Below are positions 46,715-52,779 of a stretch of DNA of 52,779 nucleotides, in pieces. Source of the stretch: Marinilabiliales bacterium (GTDB taxonomy: Bacteria; Bacteroidota; Bacteroidia; Bacteroidales; DTU049); assembly GCA_002869435.1 (NCBI GenBank), contig PKSX01000017.1, positions 1 through 52,779 on the forward strand, in the 5' to 3' direction. Made by a program: the position numbers and the translations under genes. How positions within the stretch are numbered: the first letter of the stretch is position 1; every line of letters starts with the position of its first letter. The notes under the pieces are model-generated. The model ran no database searches. It was not told the origin of the DNA and saw nothing but the letters and a program-made list of their open reading frames with translations.

Positions 46715-47578
46715 ATGAGTGCAACAATTATTGTAGACAGCGGATCAACCTCAGCTGATTGGAGGGCATTTGCCGGCAGTGAAATTATATTCGAAACACA
46801 AAGCAGCGGTTTAAATCCTTTATATCTCTCGGAAGATGAATTAAGAAATGAAATCGATAAAAACCTGAAACCATATCTGGGTTTTCAGGAGATTAAAAGG
46901 GTATATTTTTTTGGGGCGGGTTGCAACACTACAGAGAACCAGATGCGCATTCAAAATGTACTCAGTCTGTTTTTTCCTGAAAGTATATTTCATATTGCCA
47001 GTGATCTGGATGGAGCTGCAATGGGCCTATTCGGGAAAGATGAAGGCATAGCCTGTATTATGGGCACCGGGAGCAATGCATGTCATTGGGATGGAAAAAC
47101 CATCCTACAAAAAGTGCCATCTTTAGGTTTCATAATTGGTGATGAAGGCAGTGGTGCCTGGATTGGAAAACAGGTAGCTGCCGATTATATCAGAGGTATG
47201 GCTCCGGAGGAGATACAAAGTCTAATTGCTGAAGAATACCCTAAAGACATTGAGTTCTTTCAAAAAAAAGTATATCAAAGTAATTATGCCAGTCGATTTC
47301 TTGCACATATTGGCGGGCTAATTGGATTATTACCCAACCACCCTTATACTCAAACAATTTACCGCTCAGCATTTCATGCTTTTCATAACAGATTCATATC
47401 ATCATACAAAAACATGGATCTGGAATATGGTTTTATTGGTGGTATTGCTATTACCATGAAAAATATAATTGAAGAGGAATCTGCTAAACTGGGGTTAAAA
47501 ATCAGAACAGTTTCTCATAAACCGGTTGACGGCATTCAGGATTATCTAAAAAAAGAGCTGTATCCGGAAGGCCGCTAA
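46715..47578 (+). CDS. BadF/BcrA-type ASKHA kinase (N-acetylglucosamine kinase-like)
   Basis: IVDSGST..DW, G.NP, FFGAGC, SD, I.GTGSN, GDEGSGAWIG. Confidence 0.85.
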   Translation: MSATIIVDSGSTSADWRAFAGSEIIFETQSSGLNPLYLSEDELRNEIDKNLKPYLGFQEIKRVYFFGAGCNTTENQMRIQNVLSLFFPESIFHIASDLDGAAMGLFGKDEGIACIMGTGSNACHWDGKTILQKVPSLGFIIGDEGSGAWIGKQVAADYIRGMAPEEIQSLIAEEYPKDIEFFQKKVYQSNYASRFLAHIGGLIGLLPNHPYTQTIYRSAFHAFHNRFISSYKNMDLEYGFIGGIAITMKNIIEEESAKLGLKIRTVSHKPVDGIQDYLKKELYPEGR

Positions 47579-47614
47579 TAGAAAAATACTAATTTTGCCA
47601 AAAATTACTAAGAA

Positions 47615-48937
47615 ATGAAAGTTGTTATTGTGGGCTCAGGTTATGTGGGTCTGGTTACAGGAACCTGTTTTGCAGAAGTGGGAATAGAAACGGTCTGCGT
47701 AGATATTGACAAAGAAAAAATTGAAAAGCTTAAAAACGGTATCTCACCAATATACGAACCCGGTCTCGATGAAATGATGCTAAGAAACATCGATAAAAAC
47801 AGACTGACTTTTACAGATAATCTCGCATCAGTTGTTAATAGTGCTGATGTGATATTTAGTGCTGTTGGGACCCCTCCTGATGAAGATGGAAGTGCTGATC
47901 TAAAATACGTACTCGATGTTGCCAAGACCATTGGCCAGAACATGAACAAGCATTTGGTTATTGTTACTAAAAGTACTGTTCCGGTAGGCACAGCTAAAAG
48001 AGTTCGTGAAGCGATACAAAAAGAACTAACCGCAAGAAATATTGACATTGAATTTGATGTAGCTTCGAATCCTGAATTTCTTAAAGAAGGTGATGCCATT
48101 AACGATTTCATGCGCCCTGATCGTATAGTAGTTGGTGTAGAAACCAAAAAGGCCGAAGAAATAATGGCTAAACTGTATAAACCATTCACGCTCAACGGAC
48201 ATCCAATAATCTTCATGGATGTACCCAGTGCTGAAATGACAAAATACGCAGCAAACGCCATGTTAGCTACCAGAATCAGTTTCATGAATGATATAGCAAA
48301 CCTGTGCGAAATTGTGGGAGCAGATGTAAACAAGGTTCGTAAAGGTATAGGTTCAGATCCCAGGATTGGAAGTAAATTTATTTACTCCGGCATCGGATAT
48401 GGAGGAAGTTGCTTCCCAAAAGATGTTAAGGCACTGATAAAAACTGCTGATGAACACGGGCATTCTTTGCGAATTCTTAAATCAGTTGAAGATGTAAATG
48501 ATGATCAGAAGTCAGTGCTATTCAACAAATTAATGGCATATTATAACAATAACATTGAAGGTAAAAGAATTGCCATGTGGGGACTTTCTTTCAAACCAAA
48601 CACCGACGATATGAGGGAAGCCCCTGCTCTTGTATTGATAGAAAAACTAAAGGCTGCCGGAGCAGAAGTTGTTGCATACGATCCTGTTGCCATGGAAGAA
48701 AGCAAAAGAAGAATAGGTGACACCATTACTTATGTTAACGAAATGTATGAAGCACTCAACAACGCTGATGCGCTTTTATTGGTTACGGAATGGACAGAAT
48801 TCAGATTCCCGGATAAAGAAGACATGAAAAAACGTATGAAAACTCATGTAATTTTTGACGGAAGAAATATTTACGACCGTTATGAAATGGCCAAGGCTGG
48901 CTTTGATTATTATTGCATCGGTGTAAAAACAAAGTAA
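47615..48937 (+). CDS. ugd: UDP-glucose 6-dehydrogenase
   Basis: GSGYVGL, PIYEPGL, KSTVPVGT, SNPEFLKEG, GYGGSCFPKD, FKPNTDDMRE. Confidence 0.95.
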   Translation: MKVVIVGSGYVGLVTGTCFAEVGIETVCVDIDKEKIEKLKNGISPIYEPGLDEMMLRNIDKNRLTFTDNLASVVNSADVIFSAVGTPPDEDGSADLKYVLDVAKTIGQNMNKHLVIVTKSTVPVGTAKRVREAIQKELTARNIDIEFDVASNPEFLKEGDAINDFMRPDRIVVGVETKKAEEIMAKLYKPFTLNGHPIIFMDVPSAEMTKYAANAMLATRISFMNDIANLCEIVGADVNKVRKGIGSDPRIGSKFIYSGIGYGGSCFPKDVKALIKTADEHGHSLRILKSVEDVNDDQKSVLFNKLMAYYNNNIEGKRIAMWGLSFKPNTDDMREAPALVLIEKLKAAGAEVVAYDPVAMEESKRRIGDTITYVNEMYEALNNADALLLVTEWTEFRFPDKEDMKKRMKTHVIFDGRNIYDRYEMAKAGFDYYCIGVKTK

Positions 48938-48977
48938 ACTTCTTCTCAGCCAGACAATAATCAGCAATATTTAGAAA

Positions 48978-50783
48978 ATGGAAATCAGAAATATTGCCAT
49001 TATCGCTCATGTCGATCATGGCAAAACCACTTTAGTGGATCGCATATTACATCAGGTTCGTTTATTTCGCGACAACCAGGATGTACAGGATCTTATTCTC
49101 GATTCAAACGATCTGGAGCGTGAAAGAGGAATAACGATTTTATCGAAAAATGTATCGGTACGATATAAAAACACTAAAATCAACATCATTGATACACCCG
49201 GACACTCCGATTTCGGAGGTGAAGTAGAGCGTGTTTTAAATATGGCCAACGGTGTTTTGCTTCTGGTTGATGCTTTTGAAGGACCAATGCCACAAACACG
49301 TTTTGTATTGCAGAAAGCCATACAAATGGGGTTAAAGCCGGTTGTAGTGATAAATAAGGTTGACAAGCCAAACTGCAAACCCGATGAGGTAAATGAAGAC
49401 GTATTTGAGCTCATGTTTTCCCTCGATGCCACCGACGAGCAACTAAATTTTCCAACGGTTTACGGATCCTCCAAAAAAGGCTGGATGAATGATCACTGGG
49501 AAAATGAAACAAGCGATATCAGCCATCTTCTTGATGTCATTCTGGATTATTTCGAACCCGTAGCTGAGAATCCGGGTTCATTACAATTACAAATCAGTTC
49601 ACTTGACTATTCGTCATTTACAGGGCGAATTGCCGTTGGCAAGATTCACCGAGGCTCAATTAAAATGGGACAACAGGTTTCGATCATGCAAAGAAATGGC
49701 ACCATTCATAAATCTCTTGTGAAAGAGCTTTTTACCTTTGAGGGACTTGGTAAAGAAAAAATCAAAACACCGGTCAGCTCAGGTGAAATCGTAGCAATTA
49801 TTGGTCTCGAAAACTTCGATATTGGCGACACCGTTGCAGATTTTGAAAATCCGGAAGCCATGAATCCTATCGATATTGACAAACCTACAATGAGCATGCT
49901 TTTCACTATCAATAATTCTCCGTTTTTTGGGAAAGAAGGTAAATATGTAACTTCTCGTCACCTGCGCGACAGATTGTTTAAGGAAACTGAGAAAAACCTT
50001 GCTTTGAGGGTAGAAGAAACAGACTCCCCGGATCGGCTCAATGTATATGGCAGGGGAATCCTGCATCTCTCTATATTAGTGGAAACTATGCGAAGAGAAG
50101 GATACGAATTTCAACTCGGGCAGCCTAAGGTTGTTACAAAAGAGATCGACGGTTTTCTGCATGAACCCGTTGAACTGCTATATGTAGATGTTGACGAGAA
50201 ATTCTCGGGTAAAGTGATCGAGGTTGTAACAAAAAGGAAAGGCGATATTTTAAATATCGGAAGTAAAAACGATCGCATAAACCTGGAATTCAAAATCAGT
50301 GCGCGGGGACTAATCGGGCTCAGCAACCAGGTTCTAACGGTTAGCGAAGGTGAAGCGGTGATCTCCCACCGTTTTAAAGGCTATGAACCGTGGAAAGGTG
50401 ATCTTGGCCAAAAAAGAAACGGAGCCCTTATTGCAATGGAAACCGGAACTGCTATTCCCTACTCCATTGATAAATTGCAGGATCGAGGTAAATTCTTCAT
50501 TGATCCGGGCGAAAACGTATATGCCGGGCAAGTTATTGGGGAAGGCACCCGCAGTGATGATCTTGTTATAAATGTTATTAAAACAAAAAAGCTGACAAAT
50601 ATGCGGGCAGCAGGCTCAGACGACAAAATGTTAATCGCCCCGGCCACCAAATTCTCACTTGAAGAGGCCATGGAGTATATTTCAGAGGATGAATATGTTG
50701 AAGTAACACCAAAGAACATCCGGCTTAGAAAAATTTTACTTGATGAACACGATCGAAAAAGGGAAATGAAAGCTAAACAATGA
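48978..50783 (+). CDS. typA: Translational GTPase TypA/BipA
   Basis: IAHVDHGKTTLVD, ERGITIL.KN, DTPGH.DFGGEVER, GRG.LHL, MRREGYE, KKLTNMRA.G.D. Confidence 0.97.
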   Translation: MEIRNIAIIAHVDHGKTTLVDRILHQVRLFRDNQDVQDLILDSNDLERERGITILSKNVSVRYKNTKINIIDTPGHSDFGGEVERVLNMANGVLLLVDAFEGPMPQTRFVLQKAIQMGLKPVVVINKVDKPNCKPDEVNEDVFELMFSLDATDEQLNFPTVYGSSKKGWMNDHWENETSDISHLLDVILDYFEPVAENPGSLQLQISSLDYSSFTGRIAVGKIHRGSIKMGQQVSIMQRNGTIHKSLVKELFTFEGLGKEKIKTPVSSGEIVAIIGLENFDIGDTVADFENPEAMNPIDIDKPTMSMLFTINNSPFFGKEGKYVTSRHLRDRLFKETEKNLALRVEETDSPDRLNVYGRGILHLSILVETMRREGYEFQLGQPKVVTKEIDGFLHEPVELLYVDVDEKFSGKVIEVVTKRKGDILNIGSKNDRINLEFKISARGLIGLSNQVLTVSEGEAVISHRFKGYEPWKGDLGQKRNGALIAMETGTAIPYSIDKLQDRGKFFIDPGENVYAGQVIGEGTRSDDLVINVIKTKKLTNMRAAGSDDKMLIAPATKFSLEEAMEYISEDEYVEVTPKNIRLRKILLDEHDRKREMKAKQ

Positions 50784-50851
50784 GCATTAAATAACAACTA
50801 AAGAATTAATTGGTTTGTTTTTAAAACTACCTTTGCCTGATAATTCTTACT

Positions 50852-52492
50852 ATGGATAGATTTAATAAATTGAGTTTTCAAGCAATATTACCAGAAATTG
50901 CTTCAAAATATGCCTCAAACTCAGCCTTAGCTTTTGTTGATGCTACACCGCTTACTTATACAGAAATGTATAAACAGATACAGGTATTACATGTTTATTT
51001 TAAGAAACTCGGTCTTAAAAAAAATGATAAAATAATGATTCTTGGTCAGAATATGCCTAACTGGGCCATATCCTTTCTGGCCATACAATACAGTGCGCTC
51101 ATTGCAGTGCCGGTACTTCCTGACTTCAATGAGACCGAAATCACTAATATTTTAATCCACTCAGAATCAGCTGCAATTATTGTCTCTGAAAGCCTGGAGT
51201 ATAAACTTAAAGATGTTGATTATACAAAGTTCAAGGCGATAATTAGAATGAATGACTATAGCTTAATCTTTGCTCCGGTAAATATTGAGCTCCCGTCTAT
51301 TGAATTAGCAGAACCTCCTGAAGAAAAAGATGAAAACGAATTATCAGTTCTTCTGTACACTTCAGGAACCACAGGTATGTCAAAAGGAGTTATGCTTTCA
51401 CAGAGAAATATTATTATCAATGCTATTCAAGGTGATTATGTACAGAAAATACATGAGAAAGGCAGGTTTTTATCGGTACTGCCATTATCGCATACCTACG
51501 AAAACACCCTGGGTTTAATTTTACCTCTAATAAATGGTGCGAGTGTAACTTATCTTAATAAAGCTCCAACACCAAAAATCCTTTCTGAGGCTTTGCAAAT
51601 AGTGAAACCGGATTTAATGCTTACAGTTCCAATGATTATTGAAAAAGTATATAAACAACGAATACTGCCTGAAATCAATTCGCGCTTTCTTACACGCACA
51701 CTTTTCAAAACCGGTATCGGAAGGCGCATTATTCACAGAAGTGCCGGTAAGAAGCTCTATAAAAGCTTTGGTGGCCGGCTTAAGTTCTTTGGAATTGGCG
51801 GGTCAAAACTTGATGGATCAACTGAACAGTTTTTAAGAGAAGGGAGGTTCCCTTATGCTATTGGATACGGATTAACGGAATCAGCTCCCCTTCTGGCAGG
51901 TTCAAACCCTGTCCAAACTCGCTTTCAGGCAATTGGCCCTGTAGTGAAATATGGTGAAATTAAGATCATAAACCCCAACCCCGAAACAGGTGAAGGAGAA
52001 ATAGCTGCAAAGGGTCCAAATATAATGCTGGGTTACTACAAAAATGAAGCTGAGACAAGCAAAGTTCTATCTTCCGACGGCTGGTTCCGAACCGGAGACC
52101 TGGGTGTATTCGACAAAGATGGATGGCTGAGTCATAAAGGGCGTATTAAAAATATTATTGTGGGCGCAAATGGAGAGAATATATATCCTGAAGAAGTAGA
52201 ATCAATTATCAATACTCACAAGCACGTGGTTGAAAGCCTGGTAGTTCAACAGAAAGGTAAGCTGGTTGCAATGGTTCATTTTAATATTGATGAATTAAAC
52301 GAACGAATTGTTGAAATGAAAAGCGATATAAGGCAAAAAATAGAAGATGTACTTGATGAACTGGCTAAAGACCTGCACATGCACATTAATTCAAGGTTAA
52401 ATAGATTCTCACAAATTCACTCTGTCATTATTCAACAGGATCCTTTTCAGAAAACAGCTACCCAAAAGATTAAGAGATATCTCTATACATAA
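50852..52492 (+). CDS. Long-chain fatty acid--CoA ligase (AMP-binding)
   Basis: YTSGTTG.SKGV, LPLSH.YE, GYGLTE, WFRTGDLG, GENIYPEE. Confidence 0.9.
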   Translation: MDRFNKLSFQAILPEIASKYASNSALAFVDATPLTYTEMYKQIQVLHVYFKKLGLKKNDKIMILGQNMPNWAISFLAIQYSALIAVPVLPDFNETEITNILIHSESAAIIVSESLEYKLKDVDYTKFKAIIRMNDYSLIFAPVNIELPSIELAEPPEEKDENELSVLLYTSGTTGMSKGVMLSQRNIIINAIQGDYVQKIHEKGRFLSVLPLSHTYENTLGLILPLINGASVTYLNKAPTPKILSEALQIVKPDLMLTVPMIIEKVYKQRILPEINSRFLTRTLFKTGIGRRIIHRSAGKKLYKSFGGRLKFFGIGGSKLDGSTEQFLREGRFPYAIGYGLTESAPLLAGSNPVQTRFQAIGPVVKYGEIKIINPNPETGEGEIAAKGPNIMLGYYKNEAETSKVLSSDGWFRTGDLGVFDKDGWLSHKGRIKNIIVGANGENIYPEEVESIINTHKHVVESLVVQQKGKLVAMVHFNIDELNERIVEMKSDIRQKIEDVLDELAKDLHMHINSRLNRFSQIHSVIIQQDPFQKTATQKIKRYLYT

Positions 52493-52559
52493 GAAGATGC
52501 TTGTAATAACTGCATATAATATGCAAAAGAGTAGTTGGTGAGAAATAACTTAAAAGTAA

Positions 52560-52779
52560 TTACAGAACAAGAAACTTTTGTCCGAATAAACCTTTTTCAG
52601 TATTTATTCTTATAAAATAGACACCATTTGCAAGGTCCCTAACAGTAATACGTCTGTTATCATTCAGACTTCTTATATCAGAATAATATACTAAAGTGCC
52701 ATTCAGGTTATAAATATCCACAGAATTAATCATAACCTTGTCCGGATTACTAATAAACAAATATTCTGATACCGGATTA
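52560..52779 (-). CDS. 3' end of a T9SS type-A CTD protein, truncated by the window edge
   Basis: ...NPVSE..., IYNLNGTLV, LANGVYFIRI...QKFLVL. Confidence 0.8.
   Translation of the reverse strand, partial: NPVSEYLFISNPDKVMINSVDIYNLNGTLVYYSDIRSLNDNRRITVRDLANGVYFIRINTEKGLFGQKFLVL

Overview
Chromosomal segment of an AT-rich Bacteroidota bacterium, probably an anaerobic Bacteroidales-type lineage. The assignment is inferred from T9SS C-terminal domains, TAnnTTTG promoters and the nrnA-FKBP-ndk locus. Left to right: four tandem paralogous T9SS type-B (CHU_C) surface proteins with Ig-like, SprB and PKD stalks; a glycosylation cluster (flippase, methyltransferase, formyltransferase-like/propeller fusion, GT4); a run of accessory secreted and lipoprotein genes including a VWA protein and a truncated GldM-like protein; tRNA-Ser(UGA) with an unusual structured repeat block at its 3' end; rocD, ribBA, pepD; a large GEVED/propeller T9SS protein next to a TPR-LuxR regulator; FKBPs, nrnA, ndk; an Xre-HTH gene preceded by a ~600-bp non-coding region carrying an array of TTAC-N4-GTAA palindromes; an AOR-family enzyme that closely resembles archaeal GAPOR; DUF5320, cobO/btuR; and a housekeeping run (GT2, gmhA, gmhB, S8 protease, sugar kinase, ugd, typA, acyl-CoA synthetase). 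No integrase, transposase, reverse transcriptase or CRISPR array was seen. The top leads are the GAPOR-like W/Mo enzyme, the Xre-HTH operator array, the mosaic adhesin array, the tRNA-linked structured repeats and an orphan-terminator sRNA candidate. All family calls come from motif recognition without any database search.
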